In this document: positions 24,091-37,695 of the stretch, piece after piece
Numbering within the stretch: the first letter of the stretch is position 1
Layout: each line of letters opens with the position of its first letter
Source of the DNA: Octopus sinensis
Taxonomy: Eukaryota
Length of the DNA: 64,000 nt
Direction: 5' to 3'
Assembly: GCF_006345805.1 (NCBI RefSeq)
Contig: NC_043001.1
Span: 122,450,001-122,514,000, forward strand
The notes under the pieces: generated by a model
Seen by the model: the letters and a program-made list of their open reading frames with translations, nothing else
Told to the model about the DNA's origin: nothing
The model's database searches: none
Made by a program: the position numbers and the translations under genes

Positions 24091-24350
24091 AGTTACAAGA
24101 AGATAAGCACACCACGTTGGTGGGTGACAGAGACACCAAGATTTACACAAATGTATGTGTGTGTGTATTTGCCAGGCTTCTTTCAGTTTCTGTCAACCAA
24201 ATCTACTGACAAGGCTTTGATAGGCCTGAGACTATAGGAGAACACATTTGCCCGGGGTGTCATGCAGTAGAACTGATCCCGGAACCATGTGTTAGGGAAG
24301 CAAACTTAATACACACCCACAATATATATATATATATATATATGTGTGTG

Positions 24351-24395
<45 letters not shown>

Positions 24396-25407
24396 ACCAA
24401 ATCCACTCACAAGCTTTGGTCGCCCGAGGTTATAGTATAAGACACTTGCACAAGGTGCGACGCAGGCACTGAACTCAGGACCATGTGGTTGGGAAGTAAG
24501 CTTCTAACCACGCAGGCACACCTGCACCTGTTAATATATATTTATATACGTGTCTTGATAGAAAGCTAATTCACAGTCATTCAAGTATTCGAATTGAAGA
24601 TTTTGGTAAACGTGGACATGTGTCTATCTTGAAAGGGACTACGTGAAACTATACAAGATCAATTGACACTTCAAAATTAATAGATAATCTCGTGTAATCT
24701 CATGTAATCCATCCAAAATGGATGGGACCATGAGCATCTTGAACTGAAATGTTTCAACAACTGTGTATTTCCTTTAGAAATGAAACGATTGGTAGCTTTG
24801 TAAACACACAAATAAAGTGTCTTGATCTATGAAATGCAGTGTTGCGCACTCGTTCTTAATGTTCTATATTACCGTATATATGAATGTGTTTGTGTAATGT
24901 TTGTATGTTTGACGCGCGTGTGTGAAATTCTTTTTAGGACAATGGATCGTGGGGCACATAAAACTATAAATAATAGTATTTCAAAAGCTTCCCGTGAAAC
25001 TTAGATTCTTTCTATCCAAAAGAGTTTTTCAACCCCAATATTAGCATGTTATTATTTATAGCATTATGGACCTCAAGATCCACTGTTTCAATAAAAGAAT
25101 TATTTCACGTTTCTCGAAAGTTGATAAATTTTTGTGACGTCAGCAACATATGTATTTGTGTGTGCTTATGTATGCATATACCCGTATGTATGTGTGTGTG
25201 TCGGTGTGTCTGTGTGTGTATATCTATCTATATATGTATTATATGTATTATAAATCAGGACACGTGATCAAAGTTCGATCTCAGTTGTGTGTCCCACCCT
25301 CCACTCCTATATCCAGTGAGGTACGATGTGGGATATCAAACCACGGGCTACACTGGTGTGCGAAATATGTGCCACGTAATAGTATTATTGTTTTCTGTCC
25401 TATCTAG

Positions 25408-25544
25408 GCGAAGTTTGCTCTTGACAATAAATTTGGTGGTGTCATGCTCTGGGCTTTCGATGTAGATGACTTCAAAGGAATATGTAACACTCAAAAAGTT
25501 TACCCACTTTTAAAGAGCGTGAACAAAGTGCTTAATGGAGGATC
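25408..25544 (+). CDS. GH18 chitinase-like protein, exon 7 (end of catalytic barrel)
   Basis: TCTAG acceptor and GTAAGT donor; phases 0 and 2. Encodes AKFALDNKFGGVMLWAFDVDDFKGICNTQKVYPLLKSVNKVLNGG (canonical GGxMxWxxDxDDF). Confidence 0.95.
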
Positions 25545-27565
25545 GTAAGTATACATATTTTCTTGATTGACTGATAACATAATGACTCATCTATTATTTG
25601 GATGTATGCTGAAATTGCATCTTCCAGAAGTTAAAGAAATCGGACCCGCTAAAGCGTACGCACGGTTTCAGAGGATTAATAATAATTGCAATGAAATATA
25701 CAAACAATCGATGCATCTGGATGTTGAATGAAAATCAAATACCGACTGATGATGATCGAGAGATTATATAATTCAATAGAGAATATATTATACTACTTTC
25801 TGCTTTAACGTAGAACACATTTTAAGTGAAATATTTCTTCACTCCGTATTGAAAATACAGCATTTATGAAACTTATTGTATTTTAACCCCAAATCAACTT
25901 TGATCAGCAGAACATATGAGCAGAAATAATTCTACCATAACCATTCCATACTTTAATGCATGATCTAAAGTACATTATCTGATGTGTACTTTATTAAAAA
26001 TAGTAAAATGCCGTTTAAAGGACATGTGGCAGCAATTACAGCCAGATCGAGCGATCACATAGGTATTCCGTTTTGACTCATTGATAAATGTTTGATAATG
26101 TTGTCAATACGATTGGGAAGGAGTAAGGGGTTGTTGGAAATTATTGTCTATTACTGGTACTCCGTCGGTTACAACGATGAGGGTTCCAGTTGATCTGATT
26201 AACAGAACAGCCTGCTCGTGAAATTAACGTGCAATTGGTCGAGCGCTCCACAGACACACATGCCATTAACGTAGTTTTTAAGAAGATTCAATGCGACACA
26301 GAATTACGGGTACAAGCCAATTTTTGGAGCCGCGTGAAGTGAACCAACGTGAAATGAAGTGTCTTGCTCAAGGACACAACGCGCCGCCGGGAATCGAATC
26401 CACTACCTTACAATCGTGAGCTGATTATCATAACTACTAAGCCACGCTTCTTCACTGTTTGCCATCACATGAAATAATAGAAACAACAGCCACATTTCAT
26501 TAAATTTTCCCATGTCCTTCTTAGTAAAGAACATATTGAAAAATGTAGTCTGGGGACCAATGCAACAAAAAAGAAATACGATGTTACTTGTCCCAAATGC
26601 AGGCAATCGTAAATCTGCTCAGTGAGGAATTACTTGATGTTAGACATACAAAAAATAACCGTAATAACAATATTGATTTAGATTTAGAAGTAACAAGGAA
26701 ATCTCTCCTAGGTGACTGTACCTGCTAGAAATAGTGGCAAAATAGCTCTAATCACATTGTTTGCTTAAATAAGTTGGTAGTTATCGATACAGGTAATAAT
26801 ACGAACAAAAATGGGATGGTGACAGCTTGGACTCTTAATAAAAGGTCTACCTTGATCAGGCCTATACCAGGAGTAAAGCAACATATATGCATATTTTGAA
26901 TTCTAAAACTGCTTGATTTGATCAATTAATAATTTCTTTTGTGTTGTATTAACGCCCTCACCATTACGCTGGGGGATTCTGAGAGCAGAGTGTAAGTTTC
27001 ACCTCTAAATGAATAAATCAGATTAATATTCTAGAGGTCTCTTTCTGGACAATTATTTCAAGAGAAATAATCATTTCTTCATTATAGTTATCGGGATTGG
27101 AAACTTAAATATTAAATTAAGGAATCATAAGGAATAAGATGCATAGACTTCACCATTTTATAAATATTTATTATAAAGTTCTTAAATTTTTTTTTGGTCA
27201 GCATTAATCATGTCTAACACTATTTCATTCTTTTTAGAATTTTTTTTTTTTTAGAAATTGTAGCCTAGGATTTATTAATCAAGCATTTTATGAAACGCGA
27301 CATTTCTTATAGGTGAAAAATAATTGCAGTTTAGAAGAAAAGAACATAAAGTGTGTTTTCCTCTTTTATTTTTCTTCGTTATAAAGCATTAGTAGATTTG
27401 CAATCGTGATAAAATCGAAAGTTCTTAGGTTCTACATACAGAAGCCGTTTTTCAAAGAATTCTACCTTATGATGGTGTCTTGAAGTAGTTAATAGTTTTG
27501 GTTCGTTTAACTGCAAACAAAATTCGACGTATTTTTAAAATCCTTTTCCGTTTTCTCTCTCACAG

Positions 27566-27588
27566 AATCCCAACTCAAACTACAATAA
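27566..27588 (+). CDS. GH18 chitinase-like protein, 23-nt linker micro-exon
   Basis: Strong pyrimidine tract plus CACAG, and a GTGAGT donor. It converts phase 2 to phase 1, exactly as needed to join exon 7 to the CBM14 exon. Encodes (S)IPTQTTI(S). Confidence 0.85.
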
Positions 27589-27984
27589 GTGAGTATTTTT
27601 TCTTACGTTACTTTCTTCACTAAACATTAACATTTAACTTTTTTATATATTAACAAGAGCTACAATATATTAGTAAAGTTAGTGTTTGATATAATGAACA
27701 TCTGTCGAAATCGACCTAGAAAAATTTAGTAGGTAACAATAAAAGCATTATTAGTCACTGAGAATTATTTTAATTTAATCGGCAAGTATATTTTTCTTGA
27801 TTATTTCTATTTAACCTTTTTATGTTAACACCAACTATTGATTCTACATACAGATAGCAACAGAAACATAATATGATTTGCCCCGTTTTCTTTTTGAATG
27901 ATAAAACTCACGTAGATAAAAATTTCCTGGTCTTGATAAATAAGCATTTCCCATTTAACCATAGATACAGGGAAAGTTTTTATA

Positions 27985-28265
27985 GACGTGCAGCGGACTC
28001 GCGGTCGAGGGATCGCGGGTTCGAATCTCAGACTGAGTAATGTGTATGTTTATGAGCGAAACACCTAAGCCCCACGCGGCTCCGGCAGAAGGTAATGGCG
28101 AACTTCTGCTGACTCTTTCGCCACAACTTTCTCTCACTCTTTACTCCTGCATCTTGCAGCTCACCTGCTACGGACCGGCGTCCCATCCAGGTGGGGAACC
28201 TATACGCCAAGGAAACTGGGAAACCGGCCCTTATGAGTCAGGCGTGGCTCGAGAAGGAACAAACA
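27985..28265 (+). mobile_element. tRNA-derived SINE family D
   Basis: B-box GGTTCGAATCTC; body similar to the copy at about 61307-61605. Confidence 0.7.
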
Positions 28266-29084
28266 ATGATTGGTTAGGATAAATTTAGAGTTGGTGAAAC
28301 GATAGCAGTTTAATGATATCTACAATGCTATTTTACTAATATTTAGCAGCGAAGTATCCTCATTGTTTACAAATGTCCACTGTATTATTAGTCGAATAAG
28401 AAATGTACAGGAGACTAATATCTGCTGTCCATGTAAAATTTCGAACCAACTGGAACAGCCCTATGTAGACACTCTACCTTCTAGAAATAACATCCTAATC
28501 TCCTTCAAATCACATCCTACCATTCTAAAACGGGTAGAACATTTACATTGGGTAGCATTGTCCCCGGTACATTCTTCGTTCTCAATGATTAAGTTCAGCA
28601 GAATAAGTTTTAGAGTAATATCCTAAATTTATTTAATTATGTTATTCTTTTTCAATCACTTAAGTACATCTATCCTCGTGTATCACAGATGTTTGGTTCC
28701 AAAATAAGAACGTGTTAAATGAATAAATGATAAATGAATAATAAAACGTGGAGAAAATAGATTTCATTCTGAGACCCAAAGTTGTCCTGGTTACTGTGTA
28801 TAATCGCTGGAGGGCACCCTTGACTGACCTAACTATTGAATGTACTATGTTACCTCGTATCGGTGAGAAATGAATTAGTGATAAACGAGGATAGAAGTAT
28901 ATTTATTTTTGTTTCAGATATTTAAAGCTTCTATTTAAAATAATTTAAAATTAACCAGTAGAATTAATATTCTACTGGTTACTTTTAATCATTTGAAAAC
29001 GATCATTTTACTCGTTACAGTAAAATATTATTTGCTTGCATCTTTGCAAACTTATGACTATTTTTATTTTGTTTAATTGCTTAG

Positions 29085-29257
29085 GTCCTGTAGATGTATG
29101 CAAAGGTAAATCTGGAAGTTATCCAGACCCAGTCTCATGTAAGAGCTTTTACATATGCACGAATGGAAAAGGGTTTATTGCCTTCTGTCCTCCTAATCAG
29201 TTATTCGATCATGTTTCAAATAGTTGTGTTGAATCATCTCGGGCCAAATGTTCATGA
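29085..29257 (+). CDS. GH18 chitinase-like protein, last exon: CBM14 (peritrophin-A) chitin-binding domain
   Basis: CTTAG acceptor, phase 1. Six Cys in CBM14 spacing: CKGKSGSYPDPVSCKSFYICTNGKGFIAFCPPNQLFDHVSNSCVESSRAKCS, then TGA. AATAAA at 29295 and 29374. Confidence 0.95.
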
Positions 29258-29710
29258 GTTTCTCCAAGAAGACCACGAATCAATCTTGGAAATTAATAAA
29301 TTTGAGAGTTTTTATCAAGGATTACCCATAGCAGGAAATTTTATTTCCAGTCTGTTGGTAAAATATTGTATTTAATAAAATATAGTATTAAATTTTATGA
29401 ATATTTAAAATGCATTAAGTTTACTTTGTTTAAACTTGATTAAAAATCATTTTGTATTATCTTAAAATGCTTTTGTTTTTCTTGCAATTTGCTGTTACTT
29501 GAGTTAGTATAAATAAGACTGGGGTGTAAGTGTCCAATATCCAAACTTTATATTCAACCAATACCACTGTGAAGTCAATGGTCAAAATTTTTTTGTTAAA
29601 GGATCCAGTTAACCTGGCTATAAATAGGCAAAACAGTTCACCTAATATATTGATGTAATAGCTCTGATGAATTAAAATTTCCCAGTATTTAAATTCTGTA
29701 ATACTTCATG

Positions 29711-29960
29711 AGTGGAGGCGCGTGGCTTAGTGGTTAGGGTGTTGAACTCATGATCGTAAGGTTGTAGTTTCGATTCCTGGACCAGGCGATGCGTTGTGTT
29801 CTTGAGCAAAACACTTCATTTCACGTTACTCCAGTCCACTCAGCTGGCAAAAATGAGTAATCCTGCGACGGACCGGCGTCCCGTCCAGCTGGGGAACACA
29901 TACGCCATTGAAACCGGGAAACCGGGCCCATGAACCTGGCTAGGCTTTAAAAAGGTGCAT
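29711..29960 (+). mobile_element. tRNA-derived SINE family C
   Basis: GGCGCGTGGCTTAGTGGTTAGGG...GTTTCGATTCC head followed by TGTGTTCTTGAGCAAAACACTT. Related copy at 26145-26447(-). Confidence 0.75.
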
Positions 29961-30101
29961 TTATTTTTTATTTAATACTTCATGAAGGTAAAGAATATAA
30001 TTTTGTGGCCATTTGAAATAAAAAAAATTTAAGTGAAAAAATTGGTGGATTTTTTTCTCTTACTACTTGATAAATACTTATAAAGATTTTATCCTATTTT
30101 T

Positions 30102-30145
<44 letters not shown>

Positions 30146-30242
30146 CATACACAGATATATATATATGCACATATATATATATACATATGTAAATATATAT
30201 ATATACATATATACATATATATACATATACACACACACACAC

Positions 30243-30276
<34 letters not shown>

Positions 30277-30281
30277 GTGTG

Positions 30282-30359
<78 letters not shown>

Positions 30360-30817
30360 CTTCCATGCAGTTTTTGTCCATCATGTTCAGTCACAAGGCA
30401 TTGTTGTCCCGCGGGTATTAGTAGAAGACCTATACTTATGGTCTTATGGTGCTGCATAGGAGGACCGAAACCATGTAGTTGCAAAGTTAGTTTCTTGTTT
30501 TAAACAAGAAATATTGGTAGAACATTCTCATCAAAAGTGTCGTAAAATACAAACATAACCACCTGACATGTTTATCTGGCATGGTTATTTACAGGTAGAG
30601 CAGTTAGTTCTTTATGTGTGAACGTTCAGTGAGAAAGGGAATATTTATGAACACTTGGCGCAGATGCAGCTGTGTGGTAAGCAGCTTCCTTCCCAACCAC
30701 TTGGTTCCGGGTTCAGTCTCACTACGTGGCACCTTGGGCAAGTGTCTTCTACTATAACTTCGGGCCGACCAAATCCTTGTGAGTGGATTTGGTAGACGGA
30801 AACTGAAAGAAGCCCGT

Positions 30818-30854
<37 letters not shown>

Positions 30855-31468
30855 ATTTGTTATTTGTGTCTGTGTTTATCCCTCATACCGTTGCTTGACA
30901 ACCGATATTGGTGTTTACGTCCCCGTCACTTAGTGGTTCAGCAATAAGTGATTGATAGAATAAGTTCTAAGCTTACAAAGAATAATTCCTGGGATAGATT
31001 TGTTCGACTAAAGGTGGTGCTCCGGCATGGCCGCACTCAAATGACTGAAACATGCGAAAGAAAAGAATAAAAGAATAATTGATTCAAAATCCAAATTACA
31101 AGTTGTATTTGTACTCACAGTAATGGATACTCTTGCTTGTGTTACTAAACCTCTACGTGATAATCTGCAAAAGCTGGTATTTTCAGAAAAAGAAAATGTC
31201 CAGCTGACACGCACGTAACACACTTAATGTATACAAGCAGTAAGTAGAACAATAAAGATATGCAAGACTGTTTAAAAGATTTAACATGTAGCTCTTTACC
31301 CATGTTTTATTTCAATTCCAGTAATGGAGATTTATTTCTTTGTTAGAAACTCACTCCATTTTTATGGGGGGAAAGGTAAATAATTAATCAAAAACTGAGA
31401 CTCACACAGACACAGTCATATATGATAAATACAGCAGGCAATGTATTTGACTTATAATTCTGGTTTAA

Positions 31469-32332
31469 CTACACCATTATGTCGTGGTTATTCATTTCTT
31501 CAAGTGTATCTTTACTTTCGTCAAAGTATTTTGACGGACTTTGCGATGCTTGAATAGTATATACAGTTTTTTGCTTATCTTTTTTGCTTGTCTTACATTG
31601 CTTCTTTCGTTTCGTTCTGTGTCTAGGAATTTTACTATTTACAGCAGGGTATAATTTATCATTTGCAAGAGTAATAATATTTTCTGGTGATGTAGCACAG
31701 TCTTTTTTCACGTAATGTTTTTGTTGGTTAAATGTTAAAGTAGGTGTCCATGTGGGTATATAACTACTGACGTAAGAATACGTATCAGAATCATCAGAGA
31801 GGTCATATGATTGGGTTATTGACCCAGCAATATCGTTCTTTTGGAAAGGAATAGAGTCTTGTACCCATGAGTTTTCCGTATGAGATATATTCAGGTCTTT
31901 TGAGATGGAATCCTTCAGGGTAGAACTTAAATCGTGAGCTTGTGTGAGATCATTCGCAATAGAATCTCGCAAGTATGACAACTTTTTGCTCACTGGCGAT
32001 ACTTTATAAGAAGCTTGTCCATTTCTAAAGTTTGTGTCTTGACATTGTTCTTCCTTCGTCCACTTGTCTGTAATATCTCCAACTGAAGGTTGACGTATGA
32101 ATATATCCAACATACCTCTAGGGAGCTCTTTGTTGTATTCGTTCAAGTTTTCTGCTGATTCAGTCCCTTCCTCTGTTGGAATATTGCCACTTATTTTATC
32201 ATGACAACATCTTATTGAGGAAGAACTATCAATTTCACCGGAATGTTTGCCACCGTCTTCAGAGGAAATCTGCATCAGTTTTCCAGTCGCTGTTGCTAAA
32301 TGTTGCTGCAAACTGTGAATCAGAAGTTCTTT
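31469..32332 (-). CDS. GPR156: GPR156-like class C GPCR, terminal exon (coiled-coil end and long Ser-rich tail)
   Basis: TTTTTAG acceptor, phase 0. KELLIHSLQQHLATATGKLMQI continues the coiled coil of the previous exon. Open for 287 codons to TAG. Confidence 0.82.
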   Translation of the reverse strand, partial: KELLIHSLQQHLATATGKLMQISSEDGGKHSGEIDSSSSIRCCHDKISGNIPTEEGTESAENLNEYNKELPRGMLDIFIRQPSVGDITDKWTKEEQCQDTNFRNGQASYKVSPVSKKLSYLRDSIANDLTQAHDLSSTLKDSISKDLNISHTENSWVQDSIPFQKNDIAGSITQSYDLSDDSDTYSYVSSYIPTWTPTLTFNQQKHYVKKDCATSPENIITLANDKLYPAVNSKIPRHRTKRKKQCKTSKKDKQKTVYTIQASQSPSKYFDESKDTLEEMNNHDIMV

Positions 32333-32999
32333 CTAAAAATATAACAAGAGAAACTAATAAACAAAATTTTAGCTACACATTTATTGTCATTGACATAGTT
32401 ATAGGAAAGTTAGCAATAGATAAGGTTAGTTGGGACACGATAAAATTTTAGCTTTGTACCTGTACGTGAAACAGATACCAAGCCAATGAGAGACACTCTA
32501 CACGGTAGTACAGCTGCAAAGGTTCTACGGATATACTCTGCTGTCTTAAAGACGGAAAGGATGCATTCGATAATTGCAATCCTTAAAAAGGATAAAATAA
32601 TCACTTTTCGAATCATAGACCTTCGGTAGTCATAGACCTTCTGTGATCATAGACCTATGACCTTCTCTGATCTTCTGTGGAAAGGTTGATCGGTAACTAA
32701 ACAACTACAAAAAGCAACCATAATACCTATTTCTTTACTACCCACAAGTGGGTAAACACAGAGAGGAAAAACAAGGACAGACAAACGGATTAAGTCGATT
32801 ATATCGACCCCAGGACGTAACTGGTACTTAATTTATCAACCTCGAAAGGATGAAAGGTAAAGTCGACGTCGGCAGAATTTGAACTCAGAATGTAACGGCA
32901 GACGAAATACGGCGACGCATTTCGTCCGGTGTGTTAACGTTTCTGCCAGCTCGCCTAACCCTAACCTTAACCATAATACCAACACAGAGACAGTAACTG

Positions 33000-33960
33000 A
33001 GTATTTATATTACATACCAGCATGGTGGGAAGAGTTGTGGTTGATAGGTATTGAAGTGAGTTGAACTTCATGGAGATACAATGAAGTGCATGTGAGCGAG
33101 TTCATCGGTGTATAGATTGATTATTGGAAAGGAAACAGATGGTGTTTTTAGGTGAAGGCAATTTGATTGTTAATCCCTGCTGGATTAGTAGTGATTAATC
33201 AGAAAGCAAAATGTGGCCAGCAATTTCGGGAGAAGGAGTAAGACGATTATATTGACCCCAATATTCAGTTGGTACTTATATTATTTTTTCGAGCTCGAAT
33301 GTATGAAAGGCAAAGTCAACCTCGGCAGAATTTCAAATCAGAATGCGAAGCATTTCACCCGGCGTGCCAGCAATTCCGCTCGCTCGTCGCTGTGATGTAG
33401 TTTATAGTATTAGCAAGAGACTGGAATTAGACGTATACAGTACCATGAATAGTGACATGCAAGTAGGCGGAGCCGATGGGACAACTGAAAGTGATTACCT
33501 TGTGGATCTTGGAGAGGTAGTAGGTACGAAGATGATGGGAAAATATGATGTACAGACGATGTGTTCAATGGATATGTGAGGAAGTATTCTTATTCATGGT
33601 TCTGGCGTTGCTTTTCTCTTACCCCTATTTCGATATTCTATTATTAAGATGATAAGGAAAGCAATGTAACTGTAATAACGTGATGAGATAAAGATATGTG
33701 AAGATATATGGAAGAATCTACAGTGTTCCCCAGGAGAGAGGTCGAGGAATTGTTTGAGGTTGTGCTGCAAACCACAGATGCTTTTCTGATACATACAAGA
33801 GTTGAAACGGTCGGTCATATGGAAAGGCAAACTAGATTCGTGTTGCGTAGAGAGGTGATGTCCTGGATGAATGTATTGGCATTGTCTGGGGAACGAGATC
33901 AGGCATAGCATCCAGGTTTGGTGTGGTGAGGGGTGTTGAAGAAACTGTAGAACAGTCAGT
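33000..33960 (-). mobile_element. Heavily decayed Penelope-like RT remnant, interrupted by SINEs
   Basis: The minus strand near 33400-33530 reads RTYYLSKIHKVITFSCPIGSA, resembling the PLE motif FYxLPKIHKxxxPxRPIVS. The strand bias continues at 34540-34800. Confidence 0.5.
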
Positions 33961-33982
33961 CATATAATTTATGGTCTTCATA

Positions 33983-34522
33983 AGGTGGCGAGCTGGCAGA
34001 AACGTTAGCACGCCGGGCGAAATGTTTAGCGGTACTTCGTCTGCCGCTACGTTCTGAGTTCAAATTTCCACCGAGGTCGACTTTGCCTTTCATCCTTTCA
34101 GGATCGATAAATTAAGTACCAGTTACGCACTGGAGTCGATATAATCCACTTACTCCGTCTGTCTGTCCTTGTTTGTCTCCTCTGTGTTTAGCCCCTTCTG
34201 GGCAGTAAAGAAATAGGTATTTCGTTTGCCGCTACGTTCTGAGTTCAAATTCCGCCGAGGTCGACTTTGCCTTTCATCCTTTCGGGGTTGATTAAATAAG
34301 TACCAGTTACGCACTGGGGTCGATGTAATCGACTTAATCCGCTTATCTGTCCTTGTTTGTCCCCTCTGTGTGTAGCCCCACAAGGGGCTACACACAGAGG
34401 GCACAAATAGGTATTTCGGTGTCGATAAATTAAGTACCAGTTGCGTCCTGGAGTCGATCTAATCGACTGCACCCCAACTCACTTCTCCAAACATTTCGGG
34501 CTTTATACATAGAGTAGAAAAG
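33983..34522 (+). mobile_element. Trimeric SINE family A composite flanked by a 17-bp target-site duplication
   Basis: AATTTATGGTCTTCATA occurs at 33966-33982 and 34523-34539. One head is followed by repeated body modules. Confidence 0.8.
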
Positions 34523-35149
34523 AATTTATGGTCTTCATAGTCTGATTGCCATCAGAAGGTGATTAGGAAAGCTGTGAGAAGTGATGGGGTCGGATTTGAA
34601 AAGACTGATGATCCAGATATGGAAGTAAGGTGGTGTGATGCTAGTGAGGGTGAAGGGTAATTTGTTAGTGAGCAATAAAAATGGAGATATCCGGAAAGTT
34701 AACAGGTGCTAAGTATGATACATGTTAGTTCTAGAACAAGTGGGAGAAGTACTTCGAAGAATATCATCAATTGTATAAAATGATAAACCTGGAGCTTCTT
34801 CTATACCGGAAAAGCTGGTCGGTTGAAAGTTGATCGTTTGGGGGAAGGAGGCGTTGGACATCTTACACAATAAACATAATCCCAAAGGCCTGTATCTTCA
34901 ATTCTGTGTGGGAATCTGTGTGTGTGTGTGTGTGTGTGTGTGTGGTGTACCGTTGTGTGTGTGCCTTTTGTAATTCCCCCTACACCTTTTGACAACCAGT
35001 GTTGGTTTGTTTACGTCTCCATCACTTAGCAGTCCGGCAAAAGATATCAATAGAATAGGTACCAGACATGGCCACAGTCCAATGACCAAACCAAGGATAA
35101 AAGAGATAAATAAATAAAAAAACAAAAGGTAGATCAATGAAATACTAAC

Positions 35150-35305
35150 TGCTTGCATGGATCTTTTCAGGGCCGAGTTTTCTACAACTAAATGACACAG
35201 TTCTTCATAATTAGGTTCTCTTTTGCAATATGTTAAACGCTTAACAGCGGTAACAGCAGCTGGGGAGTCTAATTTGTCGCTTTTATTTTTTCTCCACAAT
35301 AAAAT
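35150..35305 (-). CDS. GPR156: GPR156-like GPCR, exon 6 (helix 8 region and coiled coil)
   Basis: TTTTCAG acceptor and GTTAGT donor; 52 codons, phases 0 and 0. Encodes ILLWRKNKSDK...EELCHLVVENSALKRSMQA. Confidence 0.85.
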
Positions 35306-35618
35306 CTGAAAACATTAAAAACATTTAGAAATACAAATTGAAATTCAGTCTGACAAGGTTACTGCTTCGAATGTGATAATATATGACCCCGTAGATATTC
35401 TATGGTTTAATTAAAAACAACTGTTAAGTATCGACGATTAATGTGACAGGTGCGCGCACATATACGAACACCCTCACTCTCTCACACACACGCAGCTAAT
35501 TGAGTGTGTGTGTGTGTGGAGCCAGTAGTGTTTGTATGTATGAGTGGTTATATATACCATTAGCGTCAATTTGAATCACTTTTTTCCTACGCACTTTATT
35601 TTTCTCACTTTATTTTTC

Positions 35619-36200
35619 TGTCGCATTCGAGAAGTGTACAACTGTCGAGCGAATCTGTAATGAAGATAGTTCCACCGACCTTCCTGAATAGGGAGGAGCG
35701 AGCCTGTTTCCTCTCGGTAGTTGCTATGGCGAAAGAAGTAGTGTGGAAGACGAGAGTAAAAGGAATTGCAACAGGCATGTTTATCTCCAGTCTCGAGCTA
35801 ATCGACTTTTTCGTTTTCCACATGAAACGGAAAATAAGGCTGGAGAAGAAATGCCTGTCGCAAAGTGTGTTTCGTAAAAGATGGAAGTTTATAGCAAGCA
35901 TGTTGCGAGTGAAAGAACCTGTTTAATCAAGAATGTGAAAAAGGAGAAAGCAAAGTCTTCAGTGTGAGTATGTGGTTTGTGGGGTCAACCACGTCCTCCG
36001 CTTCATTTTTTGTTATTCACTCATTATCATTTAATTGTATATATTTTAATTGTTTGTTTATTCATGTTTCGTCTCATTCGATACCCTGACCCAGCGTTTG
36101 TTTTGTCCCCTCTTTTTCTCAACTTTATGGTGAATAAAGAAATACTCTCTCTCGACGTTTCTCTTTCTCTTTGTCTTTTTCGGCGTCTCTCTCTCTTTCT
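35619..36200 (+). mobile_element. Tx1/L1-clade LINE, short 3' copy ending in (CT)n
   Basis: Near-identical to 37024-37600. ORF 35660..35926 (KIVPPTFLNREERACFLSVVAMAKEVVWKTR) plus 3' UTR. Confidence 0.85.
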
Positions 36201-36211
36201 CAGTGTCTCTA

Positions 36212-36268
<57 letters not shown>

Positions 36269-36276
<8 letters not shown>

Positions 36277-37662
36277 GAAGCTGTCCTTGAAAGGGAGGGC
36301 GGAGGTTGCAGAAGTGTTTATCGCCTCTGTAATCACTTACCGCCTAACCGTAGTGCCTTGCCCCGATTCGTGGCTGAACAAACTGGAACGCATGCTCTTT
36401 CGCTTTTTGTGGAGGGGCAGCAGACCTCTTGTAAGGTGCTCTATTTGCTGCCAAAAGCCGCTGGAGGGTGGGTTAGGGATGCCGTGGCTAAAAATGCGCA
36501 GACATGCGCTCAGGCTTAGGCACCTCTGGATTTACCTGGACGGTGAGCAGGTGTGGTCTCCGTTTGTCAAGCTGTTATTTCCACAGTTCACATCGTTTAA
36601 CGAACTGAACCCATGAATCAAGTGTAGACCGAGGTTGGGCATGTAGCATGCAGAGTGCTATCAGGCACTCGTGCTTCTCTCCCAGTCGGGCAACGCCGGT
36701 GGCGGGGGTACTACCTCGTTCTTCTATAGAGGGTTAGTAGAGTTTAAGTGAGACGACGTCCTAGGAGAAACTCTGGGCTTCGACGAAAATCAACTGGCCA
36801 GCCTGTTCCAAAGAACATTCGGTCCGGGGCCTATGATAATTACCAAAAGTCCCTGGCCTGGCAATGTTACAGAGGAGCTTTACCGGTTCGAGATAAGCTC
36901 TTTAGACATGGGTGTGCACCTTCGCCGGTTTGTGCAAGATGTAAGAGGGACAGGGAAACTGTCCTGCACGCGATTGTGCAATGCCCGAAGGTGACTGAAC
37001 TCTGGGCTTATGTCGAACACTTGCTGTCGCATTCGAGAAGTGTACAATTGTCGAGCGAATCTGTAATTAAGATAGTTCCGCCGACCTTCCTGAATAGGGA
37101 GGAGCGAGCCTGTTTTCTTTCGGTAGTTGCTATGGCGAAAGAAGTAGTGTGGAAGACGAGAGTAAGAGGAATTGCAACAGGCATGTTTATCTCCAGTCTC
37201 GAGCTAATCGACTTTTACGTTTTCCACATGAAACGGAAAATAAGGCTGGAGAAGAAATGCCTGTCGCAAAGTGTGTTTCGTAAAAGATGGAAGTCTATAG
37301 CAAGTATGTTGCGAGTGAAAGAACCTGTTTAATCGAGAATGTCAAAAAGGAGAAAGCAAAGTCTTCAGTGTGAGTATGTGGTTTGTGGGGTCAACCACGT
37401 CCTCCGCTTCATTTTTTGTTATTCACTCATTATCATTTAATTGTATATATTTTAATTGTTTGTTTATTCATATGTTTCGTCTCATTCGATACCCTGACCC
37501 CAACGTTTGTTTTGTCCCCTCTTTTTCTCAACCTTATGGTGAATAAAGAAATACTCTCTCTCTTTCTCGGCATCTCTCTCTCTTTCTCAGCGTCTCTATC
37601 ACTCTCTCTCTCTTTCTCGACATCTCTCTCTCTTTCTCAGCATCTCTCTCCCTTTCTCGGCG

Positions 37663-37695
<33 letters not shown>

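Noticed and set aside
31469-32311. 280-aa ORF as an independent gene
   Set aside because: A strong phase-0 acceptor 21 nt upstream and coiled-coil continuity make it the last GPCR exon.
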